Assembly: GCA_964618505.1 (NCBI GenBank)
Contig: CAZUBH010000012.1
Span: 2,288 to 66,287, forward strand
Direction: 5' to 3'
Source: an uncultured Thermoplasmatales archaeon
Lineage (GTDB): Archaea; Thermoplasmatota; E2; DHVEG-1
Length of the DNA: 64,000 nucleotides
Both the position numbers and the translations under genes were made by a program. This document shows positions 9,808-19,680 of this stretch, one piece after another. How positions within the stretch are numbered: the stretch's first letter is position 1; the number at the start of each line of letters is the position of its first letter. The notes beneath the pieces were generated by a model. The model made no database searches, was not told where the DNA came from, and saw only the letters and a list, made by a program, of their open reading frames with translations.

Positions 9808-11649
9808 TCAATAAAAATTATCTATATATGTCCAATTAACAGAGTATACTTCTGCCCAATTTGCTTCACCCTCTGAACTTGCACCAACAACTCTATATTC
9901 TAATTCAAAAGGCTGATATGAAAATTTTTCATATGATTCATTTGTCATATAGAAAATCTTTCCAAATCCTACATGTACTAACCTATTAAACATTATATCA
10001 TCAATTATTACGTGGGTTATTCTACTGTAGTTCTTGCCAATTCCTTTTAGTTCAAATAAACAATCTTCAAAGTCATCACAAATCCAAATTATACTTGACT
10101 CGTCAATCGTTGTATTAAAACCTACTGCTTCTGCAAGTCTTGCAAGGCGATGATCTGATGCTATAACGCTTGTATTTTCATCCATATTATTTTTTATCCA
10201 ATCAATTGCATCTAAATCCTCTTCAGTTATTCCTTCATAAGAAGCATTTAAAGAAACATGGGATGGATAAACTGATGCTGCATTAGCCGCAACAATAATC
10301 AAAAAGATTGCAAGATATGACAAATTTCTTTTTTGAAAAATCTTTGAATTTTTAAAAAAATAGATGGCTTGACTTTTGTCAAATTTCTTGGCGATATCTG
10401 ACTTGGATTCAATTTTTACATTTAACAGAATTTTTTCAATTCCATAAACTGCGATAATGCTGATTGGTGCCATCATATATTCTATGTGTCTGTGGGGATA
10501 TATTGTCGTACTAAAAGAAGTCAGGCCATACAAAAACGAAATAATAATTCCAAAAAGCCAACCTCTTATAAAAAATCCATTTTTTTCAAATTTTGTTTCA
10601 CTAAACCCAGCCACACCTAAAGCAATAATGACCAACAATGGTATTGCTAGAATAATTGAATTTGCTGTGAAGCTAAAGTTTGTCCAAGGCATTTTTACAG
10701 CTGAAAAAATTATCATTATTGCTAGAGTTAAAAATAGTGTTAATGAAAATTTCATCAAAGCTGATTTTGCTGATGGAACTTTTTTATCCCTAAAAATATT
10801 TAATTTTCTTTTTAGCCATATAAACAAAAATAATGTAAAAAAACCTAGATAAAATAAGATAATTAGTTGATAACCGCCAAGAGAAATTGGCCCTGCCTTT
10901 ATTCCACTTTTCATAAAGCTCTCGTAGATGGGGGTTGCAATGAAATACCAATATGAAAAAATAAATCCGCTTGATATTACAATATACAAAATGTCTTTTT
11001 TAATGGATTGTGTCCATTGTTTGGTACTAAAATTTTCAAAAAACACAATGAAGATAAGAGAAACTAGGTAAATATAGGTTGAAAAATGATGCGACATTAT
11101 CAGAAGGCCTGTTGAAAAAATTAAAGGGATTATAAATTTTGAATTTTTTCTATATTTTACAAAAAAATACAAACTCAAAATCATAAAGAAATGTCCTAAT
11201 GTAAGAGGAGAAGCATGACTTGTTTGATACACATGAAACGGAAGAACAGCTAGAAGCAAGCTAGAAAAAAGTGCTTTTTTTCTATCTCCAATTAGCTCGT
11301 ACACAAGAAAATAAAATACAAATATAGAAAGACCGCCAAATATTGGAGCTATTTTGGGCATTATTGCAAGGACATCTAGTCCTGTAATCCAATGTGCAAC
11401 ACCTGTTATTGCATAGAGAATTGGAAAATATTGATATGAAGAGCCCCAACCATTGTATGGGTTGAAAATACTTTTAGTTTCAACAAAAGAGTTGGTAAGG
11501 CCATAGTATATACCAAAATCACATCCCCAAGCAGCATTTGTAAATGCAGGTATCAGTCTGATAACAATAGCAATTACAGTAACAATAATTAGCCAGAAAA
11601 GCCAACTCCCCAATACGTCCTGCAGTTTAGGTTTTGAAATTATAGGCAT
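9808..11649 (-). CDS. polytopic membrane protein, putative GT-C fold glycosyltransferase (ArnT/PMT-like) with C-terminal soluble domain
   Basis: About 12-13 TM helices in the N-terminal 420 aa, then a hydrophilic about 190-aa domain. It sits between soluble glycosyltransferase genes. No WWDYG motif, so it is not a canonical AglB. Confidence 0.4.
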   Translation of the reverse strand: MPIISKPKLQDVLGSWLFWLIIVTVIAIVIRLIPAFTNAAWGCDFGIYYGLTNSFVETKSIFNPYNGWGSSYQYFPILYAITGVAHWITGLDVLAIMPKIAPIFGGLSIFVFYFLVYELIGDRKKALFSSLLLAVLPFHVYQTSHASPLTLGHFFMILSLYFFVKYRKNSKFIIPLIFSTGLLIMSHHFSTYIYLVSLIFIVFFENFSTKQWTQSIKKDILYIVISSGFIFSYWYFIATPIYESFMKSGIKAGPISLGGYQLIILFYLGFFTLFLFIWLKRKLNIFRDKKVPSAKSALMKFSLTLFLTLAIMIIFSAVKMPWTNFSFTANSIILAIPLLVIIALGVAGFSETKFEKNGFFIRGWLFGIIISFLYGLTSFSTTIYPHRHIEYMMAPISIIAVYGIEKILLNVKIESKSDIAKKFDKSQAIYFFKNSKIFQKRNLSYLAIFLIIVAANAASVYPSHVSLNASYEGITEEDLDAIDWIKNNMDENTSVIASDHRLARLAEAVGFNTTIDESSIIWICDDFEDCLFELKGIGKNYSRITHVIIDDIMFNRLVHVGFGKIFYMTNESYEKFSYQPFELEYRVVGASSEGEANWAEVYSVNWTYIDNFY

Positions 11650-11697
11650 CTCCTACAGCGCCACTTGTATATTTATTTTGATATAAAATACTTAGTA

Positions 11698-12765
11698 TCA
11701 ACTAAAAACCACTGACAAAATATTATCTACTGTCTTAGAAACGTTGCATTTTCTTTGAATTCCCTTAGTTTTTTTGACTTTTTTTATATCTTCTAAGAGG
11801 TTTATATTGTCTTGATTTTTTGTACAAAAAGTTTCAATATCGGAGTGATATTTTGCTAGATATTCCTGTTCAATTTGTCCTGGAGTTGGAATAAGCAAGG
11901 CTTTTTTACCTATAACTGCCAAATCACAAATAGTTGAATAACCTGATCTTGAAATGACTAATTTTGATCTGTTCAAAATTTCTTCTCTTTTTTGCTTTGT
12001 TAAAAAAGAATATGTTGTAATGTTTTTATTTTTAATTTTTGAATTTGATTCAGATTTTCCAAGAGTAATTGATACATTTCCTTTAAGATTTTCTACTTGT
12101 TCGAGTAATTTATTTTCAAGCATGCTTCTTTGCGGTTCAGGCCCAGAAATGGAGATTAAATAATCAATATCTTGTTTTGATTGTGTTTTTTTAAAATCAG
12201 ATAATATTCCTACATAATGAACAGATTTTTCATCGATTTTTTTTAGATTATGAGATAAATCACCAGATACATTGTCCTCATAATAATCGGGAACTAAAAC
12301 TTCTTTAAAACGTTTGAAAAAAAATTTATTAAATAATTCACTACCCGTTTCAAACATCTTGATTCTTAGGGGATTCATTATTCTCATCTGATGCGATATG
12401 AAAAAAGAAGGAATTTTTTTACTATACATGTCATATCTACCATCAGATATAATTTTGTTATAACTTTTTTTTTCTAAAAGATTATTTAATTTTATCAGAC
12501 CTGACTCGATATTTCTTATAAACAAAGGCCAGTAGATCAAACTTTTTGCCATAAACTGTCTTGAGTTTTCTGATAAAAGCATTGGATAATCAGGAATGTC
12601 AACATAACATGCATTTTCGCCCAACTCTTTTTTAAGAAGTTCTAAAGATCTTCCATTTGAAATTATAGTTAGATTGTTATCCTCAGAAATGAATTTTCTA
12701 ATAACTGGTAAAGATCTTGTCGCATGACCAAGACCCCAAGAGCAAATTCCATAGATTATTTCCAT
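11698..12765 (-). CDS. GT1/GT28-like glycosyltransferase (MurG/UDP-glycosyltransferase superfamily)
   Basis: N-terminal GICSWGLGHATRSLP motif is characteristic of GT-B UDP-glycosyltransferase/MurG-like enzymes. It is about 355 aa. Confidence 0.6.
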   Translation of the reverse strand: MEIIYGICSWGLGHATRSLPVIRKFISEDNNLTIISNGRSLELLKKELGENACYVDIPDYPMLLSENSRQFMAKSLIYWPLFIRNIESGLIKLNNLLEKKSYNKIISDGRYDMYSKKIPSFFISHQMRIMNPLRIKMFETGSELFNKFFFKRFKEVLVPDYYEDNVSGDLSHNLKKIDEKSVHYVGILSDFKKTQSKQDIDYLISISGPEPQRSMLENKLLEQVENLKGNVSITLGKSESNSKIKNKNITTYSFLTKQKREEILNRSKLVISRSGYSTICDLAVIGKKALLIPTPGQIEQEYLAKYHSDIETFCTKNQDNINLLEDIKKVKKTKGIQRKCNVSKTVDNILSVVFS

Positions 12766-12847
12766 CTGGACTTGTATTCTGTAACTCTGTTAAATAACTA
12801 TTGAAATAACATCTTTATACTCGTGTTTTATTTTTGAATGTGAAAAA

Positions 12848-13660
12848 ATGGACTTTAAACAAAAATTTAAAAAGATATCTACAAAAAATGATAGTCTTTT
12901 ATGCGTTGGCCTAGACATTGATAAAAATAAGATGCCTGGTTTTCTGTTTAAAAAAGGTAAAAATCCTTATTTTGAGTTTAACAAAGCCATAATTAATTCT
13001 ACCAAAGATTTAGTTTGTGCATATAAATTGAATATGGCATTTTATGAAGCTTTAGGTGAAAAAGGAATAAAACTATTAAAACAAACAATGGAAATTATTC
13101 CCAAAAATGTAATTACAATACTTGACGGAAAGCGTAATGATATTGGCAATACAGCAAGAAAATATGCTGAATCATTATTTGAGTTTTATAGAGCAGATGC
13201 TGTAACGCTAAATCCATACATGGGCAGTGATAGTGTTTTACCTTTCTTAGATTATAAAGACAAATATAGCTTTATTTTGTGCAGAACTTCAAATCCTTCG
13301 GCTTCTGAATTTCAAGATATGATTTCAAATAATTCGCCTATATACAAACAAGTAGCAAAAAAGATATTTGAATGGAATGAGAATGAAAATTGTGGAGCAG
13401 TAGTTGGAGCAACATATCCCGAAGAACTTAAAGAGATAAGAGAAATTATTGGAGATAAAGCTTTTTTACTTATACCTGGAATTGGAGCCCAAGGCGGAGA
13501 CATTGAAAAAACAGTCAAAAATGGGATTAATTCTGATAGCAGTATGGCTATAATAAACTCCTCAAGGGGCATAATATACGCAGAAAATAATGAAAAATTT
13601 GCTCAAAAATCGAGAGAAAAGGCATTAGAAATACATGATAAAATCAACAAATATCGATAA
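12848..13660 (+). CDS. pyrF: orotidine 5'-phosphate decarboxylase, type 2
   Basis: VGLDIDKN... and ILDGKRNDIGNTARKYA match the OMPdecase type-2 active-site region (D-x-K-R-x-D-I-G-x-T). Confidence 0.8.
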   Translation: MDFKQKFKKISTKNDSLLCVGLDIDKNKMPGFLFKKGKNPYFEFNKAIINSTKDLVCAYKLNMAFYEALGEKGIKLLKQTMEIIPKNVITILDGKRNDIGNTARKYAESLFEFYRADAVTLNPYMGSDSVLPFLDYKDKYSFILCRTSNPSASEFQDMISNNSPIYKQVAKKIFEWNENENCGAVVGATYPEELKEIREIIGDKAFLLIPGIGAQGGDIEKTVKNGINSDSSMAIINSSRGIIYAENNEKFAQKSREKALEIHDKINKYR

Positions 13661-13895
13661 TATTGACGAAAAATTAATTAACTGCAATTATACTTTAATT
13701 ATGCCTTGATTCGAAGAGCTCCATGATAAAATGATTGGAGAAGCAAGTTCAAGGCGACAATTGATATCGTTTAGGGTCCCTCATCAATCTAAAAGACGAA
13801 ATGTCAAGATATGAGAATGAGGACAACCGCGTTATCATATAAATGTCGCGAGAAAAGTAGTAGATTATTCCTCTGCTGCTTACAGGATGATCTGT

Positions 13896-13931
13896 TGCTA
13901 ACACCCAACATTAAACTGTTGGGTGACAGCG
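13896..13931. other. stable hairpin: 9-bp perfect stem CACCCAACA / TGTTGGGTG with a 6-nt loop, inside a GC-enriched about 250-bp block (about 13690-13945) of a 580-bp spacer
   Basis: Read directly from the sequence. The block has higher GC than the flanks and no ORF. A long-range complement GCGACA (13754) with TGTCGC (13844) is also present. Confidence 0.35.
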
Positions 13932-14240
13932 ACTAAATTATGTTATTTTTTAACAAAAATTTAGATTTTTATTATCAAATTTTCTAACTTTCTGATATTA
14001 TGATATTAATGATTAATATTCGGATTTTTTAGATAGAGTTATATCCCAGTTGTATTATACACTTTAACAGTGGAGGCCAAAGGTTGTTCCCTTAATTACT
14101 AAAATATTGGCTTTATGGGAATGGGAGGCTTCTGATAGACATCTTTGATGTCTATGTAGTGCTGAAAACTTTAGGCTGGGTAAAAATACAAAATACTTGG
14201 ACATTTGAATTAGTGTGGGTTAGACTCATAAATCTGCAAG

Positions 14241-15365
14241 GTGAGGAAACAAATAATGAAGGTAGCAATGCTAGGATGGGAATATCCGCCTTTTAAGGTG
14301 GGTGGACTAGGTACCCACTGTTATGGACTTACTCGCAGTCTTGCAGATAAAAATGTGAAAATAGATTTTTATATGCCCAAAACCAAAAATTCATCTAAAA
14401 GTGATAAGGAAAATTTAAAGATTATTGAAGTGGGAGAGACTGAGATTTTTCCATATGATCGCCCAGAAGATAAAGAACTAGGTGGACACTTTTTTGAAAG
14501 TGTTTATAGATATAATGATTTGCTTGTACAAAAAGTCAAAGGCAAATACGATCTTATCCACTGTCACGATTGGCTAACGATGAAAGCTGCTATTAAGATA
14601 AAAGAAAATACTGGAGCTCCGCTTGTCTTAACTGTACATTCGACAGAGTATGACAGATCTGGTTGGTTGCATCCAAATGAATGGTTTATAAATATCGAAA
14701 AAGAAGGTATGCAAAAAGCAGATAAGATAATTGCTGTAAGTCATTTTACAAAAAGAGTTATAGTAGAAAAATATGGAATAAATCCTGATAAAATTTCAGT
14801 CGTTCATAATGCAGTCTATCCAATAGGTGAAAAAGAAAAGAAAAATTTAGTTTTATTTTTGGGAAGATTAACAATTCAAAAAGGGCCTGAATTTTTCTTA
14901 GAAGCTGCAAAAAAGGTTCTTGATTACGAGGATACAAAATTTGTAGTAGCTGGGATGGGAGACATGCTTCCTCGTTTAATTAACAAAGCAGTTGATTTGG
15001 GAATTTCAAATAAAGTAATATTTACTGGAAGATTATCAGAAAAAGAAGTAAGACACATTTACCAAATTTCAAATGTATATGTCATGCCATCAGTAAGCGA
15101 ACCTTTTGGAATAACAGCACTTGAAGCTATCTCTGCTGGGACTCCTACAATAGTATCAAAGACAGCTGGCGTTTCAGAGGCTTTTCAAAATTGTCTAAAG
15201 GTTGAGTTTTGGGATACAGATGAAATGGCTAACAAAATCATATCCTTGTTAAGATATGATCCTTTACATAGAACAATTGCAGATAATGGCCGAAAAGAAA
15301 TCGAGCTTTTTACCTGGGAACAAGTTGCAGACAAAACCATACAAGCATACAATGAGGCTATGTGA
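14241..15365 (+). CDS. glgA: glycogen (alpha-glucan) synthase-like glycosyltransferase (GT4/GT5, KxGGL motif)
   Basis: N-terminal EYPPFKVGGLGTH is the starch/glycogen synthase K-x-G-G-L motif. It has a C-terminal GT-B domain. A downstream paralogue follows. The start may be the Met at 14256. Confidence 0.7.
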   Translation: MRKQIMKVAMLGWEYPPFKVGGLGTHCYGLTRSLADKNVKIDFYMPKTKNSSKSDKENLKIIEVGETEIFPYDRPEDKELGGHFFESVYRYNDLLVQKVKGKYDLIHCHDWLTMKAAIKIKENTGAPLVLTVHSTEYDRSGWLHPNEWFINIEKEGMQKADKIIAVSHFTKRVIVEKYGINPDKISVVHNAVYPIGEKEKKNLVLFLGRLTIQKGPEFFLEAAKKVLDYEDTKFVVAGMGDMLPRLINKAVDLGISNKVIFTGRLSEKEVRHIYQISNVYVMPSVSEPFGITALEAISAGTPTIVSKTAGVSEAFQNCLKVEFWDTDEMANKIISLLRYDPLHRTIADNGRKEIELFTWEQVADKTIQAYNEAM

Positions 15366-16546
15366 TGACTTCTGTATGTTTTTATTTTGAAGTTCATCAA
15401 CCCATGAGATTAAATCGTTTTTCAGTTTTTAATATCGGTAAGACTGAATCAGTAAACAGCTATTTTGACAAGCACTTAAATAAAAAAATTTTTGAAAAAG
15501 TTGCAAAAAAATGCTATCTGCCAACAAATAATCTACTGCTTGATTTAATAAAGCAATATGATGGAAAATTTAAGGTTTCTTTTAGTTTAACAGGAACTTT
15601 TGTTGAATATTGCGAATCCCATATGCCTGAAGTATTGGACAGTTTTAAAGAACTGTTTAAAACTGGCTGCGCAGATATGATAGAAGAAACGTACTTTCAT
15701 TCTCTTTCTTCTCTATATGATGACCTCGATGAATTTGAAGAACAGGTCAAAATGCATAAAAATATGATTGGAAGAATTTTTAATTATACGCCAAAGGTCT
15801 TCAGAAATACCGAAGCGATATTTGATAATCGTATTGCAAAAAAGGTTTGGGAAATGGGCTACAAAGGCATAATAACCGAAGGATCAGAAAGAATTCTTGG
15901 ATGGCGTTCACCAAATTATGTTTATAGGCCTGTAAATTCGAATTTAAAGGTTCTAATGAGAAACTACAAATTAAGTGATGATGTTGGATTTAGATTTTCT
16001 GCAAAAGGTTGGCCAGGATTTCCCCTAACAGCAGACAAATATTCCTATTGGATGTCTCACTGTGAAGGCGATATAATCAATTTATTTATGGATTACGAAA
16101 CTTTTGGAGAACATCAATGGGAGCACACCGGCATTTTTGATTTTATAAAGCACCTTCCAGGAGAGGTTTTAAAACACAAACATCTTGATTTTGTGACTGT
16201 AAGTGAAGCAGTTGAGAGATATAATACAGTTGGTGAAATCGATGTTCCTTGGGCTATTTCATGGGCAGATGAAGATCGTGATGTTTCAACATGGCTTGGA
16301 AATGATATGCAAAGAGCCTGTTTCAATGAATTAAAAGAAATCGGACGCAAACTAAAAGATAAAAAAGACAATGATTTATTAAATGCGTGGAGAAGATTGC
16401 AAACTTCAGATCATCTTTATTATGTTTCAACAAAAGGATTTGAAGATGGAAATGTGCATGCATATTTTAGCCCATATGACGTGCCTTATGAGGGATTCAT
16501 AAACTATATGAACATCCTTCAGGATTTAAAACAAAAAGTTATCTAA
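15362..16546 (+). CDS. glycoside hydrolase family 57 protein (alpha-amylase/branching-enzyme family)
   Basis: N-terminal FEVHQPMRL is the GH57 signature HQP region. Its start overlaps the preceding gene by 4 nt (ATGA), which suggests operon coupling. Confidence 0.65.
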   Translation: MMTSVCFYFEVHQPMRLNRFSVFNIGKTESVNSYFDKHLNKKIFEKVAKKCYLPTNNLLLDLIKQYDGKFKVSFSLTGTFVEYCESHMPEVLDSFKELFKTGCADMIEETYFHSLSSLYDDLDEFEEQVKMHKNMIGRIFNYTPKVFRNTEAIFDNRIAKKVWEMGYKGIITEGSERILGWRSPNYVYRPVNSNLKVLMRNYKLSDDVGFRFSAKGWPGFPLTADKYSYWMSHCEGDIINLFMDYETFGEHQWEHTGIFDFIKHLPGEVLKHKHLDFVTVSEAVERYNTVGEIDVPWAISWADEDRDVSTWLGNDMQRACFNELKEIGRKLKDKKDNDLLNAWRRLQTSDHLYYVSTKGFEDGNVHAYFSPYDVPYEGFINYMNILQDLKQKVI

Positions 16547-17812
16547 TTGGTGAGGAGAAAATTATACATGAAAATTATACATTTTTCATGGGAGTATCCT
16601 CCAGTAATATTTGGTGGACTCGGAACATTTGCAACGGAGATTACCCAAAAACAAATTAAGATGGGTAATGACGTTACTGTGTTTTCTCTCAATGAAAACA
16701 ACAAATTAAAAACAATTGATAGTTGGAAAGGCATAAGAGTATACAGGCCAAAAAATATTGATTTTACATCTGCTCTTCATTTATGTACTAATCAAGAACT
16801 TAAGTCTTGGGGAAATCACTTTAAGTTTTTTTCAGATGTTGTTGGTTATAATCTACTTTCTGCGTCTGAACTTATAAAAATGATATCAAATAATGGTTCA
16901 AAAAGATACGATATAATCGACGCTCATGATTGGCTTGGAATTATGGGAGGAATAGTTGCAAAAAAAGAACTAAATTTACCGTTAGTTTTTCATGTGCATT
17001 CTACAGAATTTGGAAGATCTGTTGGTGGTGGGTCAGATACAATAAAAAACATTGAATTAGAAGGCGGTCAAAAAGCAGATTGTGTGATTACTGTTTCACA
17101 TGCAATGAAAGATGAACTCGAAAAACTTGGCTTTCCAAAAGAGAAAATAAGGGTTTGCTGGAACGGAATTGATCCTGATAAATACAATCCTAAAAAAGTA
17201 AATAAAAATGATATAAAAATACTTAGAAATAGATACAAAATTAAAGATGATGAAACTATGCTTTTTTTTATCGGAAGACTTGTTACGGTAAAAGGCGTTG
17301 ACAAGCTTGTTTCTGCGATGCCCAACATTGTTTCAAATTTTCCTAAAACAAAACTTATTATACTGGGTATCGGCGATATGAAAGAAGAATTAGAGCATAA
17401 GATAAAAGAACTAAATCTAGAAAAAAATATAATTCTTAAGACAGAATTTGTTGACGAAAAAGAACGTATATTGCATTATGCTGCAAGTGATGTTGTTATT
17501 CTTCCGTCATTGTATGAGCCTTTTGGAATAGTTTGTACTGAAGCCATGTCTATGGGTAAGCCGGTTGTAGTTGGAGCAAGAGGCACTAGTGGTTTTCGTG
17601 AGCAGATCATCCCAAATGGGGCAGACCAATGTGGTGTTCATGTGAATCCATTTGATCCAAAAGATATTGCCTGGGGAATAAAACAAGTGCTACAAAGGGA
17701 TGACAAAGGAGCTTTTTGGGGCGAAAATGCAAGAAAACGTGCTTGTGAAATTTTTTCCTGGGATGAAGTTACAAAAAGAACGTTGGATATATACAAAGAA
17801 TTTTTAAAATAA
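16547..17812 (+). CDS. second glycogen-synthase-like glycosyltransferase (GT4/GT5)
   Basis: EYPPVIFGGLGTF motif. It is a paralogue of 14241..15365, with a C-terminal GT-B domain. Confidence 0.7.
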   Translation: MVRRKLYMKIIHFSWEYPPVIFGGLGTFATEITQKQIKMGNDVTVFSLNENNKLKTIDSWKGIRVYRPKNIDFTSALHLCTNQELKSWGNHFKFFSDVVGYNLLSASELIKMISNNGSKRYDIIDAHDWLGIMGGIVAKKELNLPLVFHVHSTEFGRSVGGGSDTIKNIELEGGQKADCVITVSHAMKDELEKLGFPKEKIRVCWNGIDPDKYNPKKVNKNDIKILRNRYKIKDDETMLFFIGRLVTVKGVDKLVSAMPNIVSNFPKTKLIILGIGDMKEELEHKIKELNLEKNIILKTEFVDEKERILHYAASDVVILPSLYEPFGIVCTEAMSMGKPVVVGARGTSGFREQIIPNGADQCGVHVNPFDPKDIAWGIKQVLQRDDKGAFWGENARKRACEIFSWDEVTKRTLDIYKEFLK

Positions 17813-19680
17813 TGAGATTTATGAGAGAATGGCTTGTAACAAATGGTCTTGGAAGTTATGCATCCTTAACTTACAAAAATACAAATTCTAGAAAATTTCA
17901 TGGTCTGCTTGTGACAAGTCTAAATCCCCCTACAAAAAGAAATGTTTTTGTATCAAACAATCTTGAAACGATAATTATTGGAAACAAAAAATTTGATTTA
18001 TTGCATCAACCTTCAGATTTCTTTTTTGATTTATTTCCTAAATTTTTTTATGAAATTGATGATGTTAAAATTACAAAAACAATATTTATGCCGCAACATA
18101 AAAATACAACTATTATTAAATATAACATTGAAACAAAAAAGCCACTGACTTTTGAATCAAGACCTATTATAAATTTCAGACATTTTTATGATGTAAAAGA
18201 TAAAAATTCTTTTTTTATTAATCAAGAAATATCAGATGGTCAAGTAAATATAAAATTTAACGATTCGGAAAGTAAAATCAAGATTTTATTAGAAGAATCC
18301 AATTATAATAAAAATGAAAAATGGATAAAATCTATATATGATATTGACAAAACTAGAAACGATTCATACATTGATTATAATCTAATAACTGGGGAGTTTG
18401 TAAAAAATATTAAAAAAAATTGCGAATTTTATATTGTTTTTACAAATGAATGTAAATTAGAAAAGCACATAAAAGAAATTTTTAATGAAGAAATCAATAG
18501 AAAAAAAAGAATTATTGAAAAAGCAAATTTACCGAAAAAATTTGATAAGTTGGTTTTGTCTTCAGACAATTTTATCGTAAAAAAAGGAAATGGAAAATCA
18601 ATTGTTGCAGGTTATCATTGGTTTAGTGATTGGGGCAGAGATACTTTAATCTCACTTCCAGGGATAACCCTTGTAACAAATAGATTTGACGAGGCGAAAA
18701 AAATACTTTCAACTTTCAGTAAATTTTGTAAAAAAGGACTAATTCCAAACGCATTTATGGACAGAGATTCTGAAGCAGTTTACAATACAGTTGATGCTTC
18801 TTTGTGGTTTGTCGATAGAGCTTATCAATATCTAAAATATACAAACGATAAAAAATTTTTGGAAGATATATGGAGAACATTAGAATCAATAATATCTGGC
18901 TATAAAAACGGCACCGATTTTAATATTAAAATGGATGATGATTTTCTCATCAGCCATGATAAGGGACTCACATGGATGGATGTAAAAATAGATGATTATT
19001 ACCCAACACCAAGAGACAAAAAAGCAGTTGAAATCCAAGCTCTTTGGTACAATTCCCTGAAAATAATGGAAAGATTATCTAAGATTCTAAACAAAGACGA
19101 TGTTTACTCTGAACTTGCATTAAAACTTAAAAATAGCTTCAATAGACAATATGATCGCCAATATGATGTGATAGACAAAAAAGACACGTCTTTTAGATGT
19201 AATCAAATATTTCTCGTTTCACTTGAATATGAGATGATTAAGAGAAACCTTCAAAAAAAGATTTTAAGTGATGTAGAAGACAAGCTTGTAACCATTTTTG
19301 GTCTTAGAACACTTTCCAGAGATGATAGTAGGTACTATGGTAATTATATAGGAAATCACAACAAAGATGAAGCATACCACAACGGCATTGTTTGGCCGTG
19401 GTTACTAGGCCAATTTATAAAATCCTATGTTAAATTAGATAACAGCAGAATTAATAGAAATAAGGCTTTTGAAAAATTCTTGGAACCCATGATAGATGTT
19501 TTTGGAGATAAATGGGATGGCTCAATATATGAGATATTTGACGGGAATCCGCCTTACATTCCAAGAGGCTGCATATCGCAAGCTTGGAGTGTTGCTGAAA
19601 TACTTCGCAGTTGGGCAGAAGATATTGAATATATTAGGCCAAAATATGAAGATTTGTATTTACAAGAAATATGCATTTAA
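17812..19680 (+). CDS. amylo-alpha-1,6-glucosidase / glycogen debranching enzyme (GDE_N + GDE_C)
   Basis: GYHWFSDWGRDT is the conserved GDE catalytic-domain motif. It is 622 aa. Confidence 0.75.
   Translation: MRFMREWLVTNGLGSYASLTYKNTNSRKFHGLLVTSLNPPTKRNVFVSNNLETIIIGNKKFDLLHQPSDFFFDLFPKFFYEIDDVKITKTIFMPQHKNTTIIKYNIETKKPLTFESRPIINFRHFYDVKDKNSFFINQEISDGQVNIKFNDSESKIKILLEESNYNKNEKWIKSIYDIDKTRNDSYIDYNLITGEFVKNIKKNCEFYIVFTNECKLEKHIKEIFNEEINRKKRIIEKANLPKKFDKLVLSSDNFIVKKGNGKSIVAGYHWFSDWGRDTLISLPGITLVTNRFDEAKKILSTFSKFCKKGLIPNAFMDRDSEAVYNTVDASLWFVDRAYQYLKYTNDKKFLEDIWRTLESIISGYKNGTDFNIKMDDDFLISHDKGLTWMDVKIDDYYPTPRDKKAVEIQALWYNSLKIMERLSKILNKDDVYSELALKLKNSFNRQYDRQYDVIDKKDTSFRCNQIFLVSLEYEMIKRNLQKKILSDVEDKLVTIFGLRTLSRDDSRYYGNYIGNHNKDEAYHNGIVWPWLLGQFIKSYVKLDNSRINRNKAFEKFLEPMIDVFGDKWDGSIYEIFDGNPPYIPRGCISQAWSVAEILRSWAEDIEYIRPKYEDLYLQEICI

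Noticed and set aside
13690-13945. GC-enriched spacer core as a tRNA, rRNA fragment, RNase P RNA or SRP RNA
   Set aside because: No cloverleaf can be drawn. The conserved RNase P CR-I/CR-IV motifs and the SRP helix-8 motifs were not found by eye. It is kept only as an unclassified candidate ncRNA.
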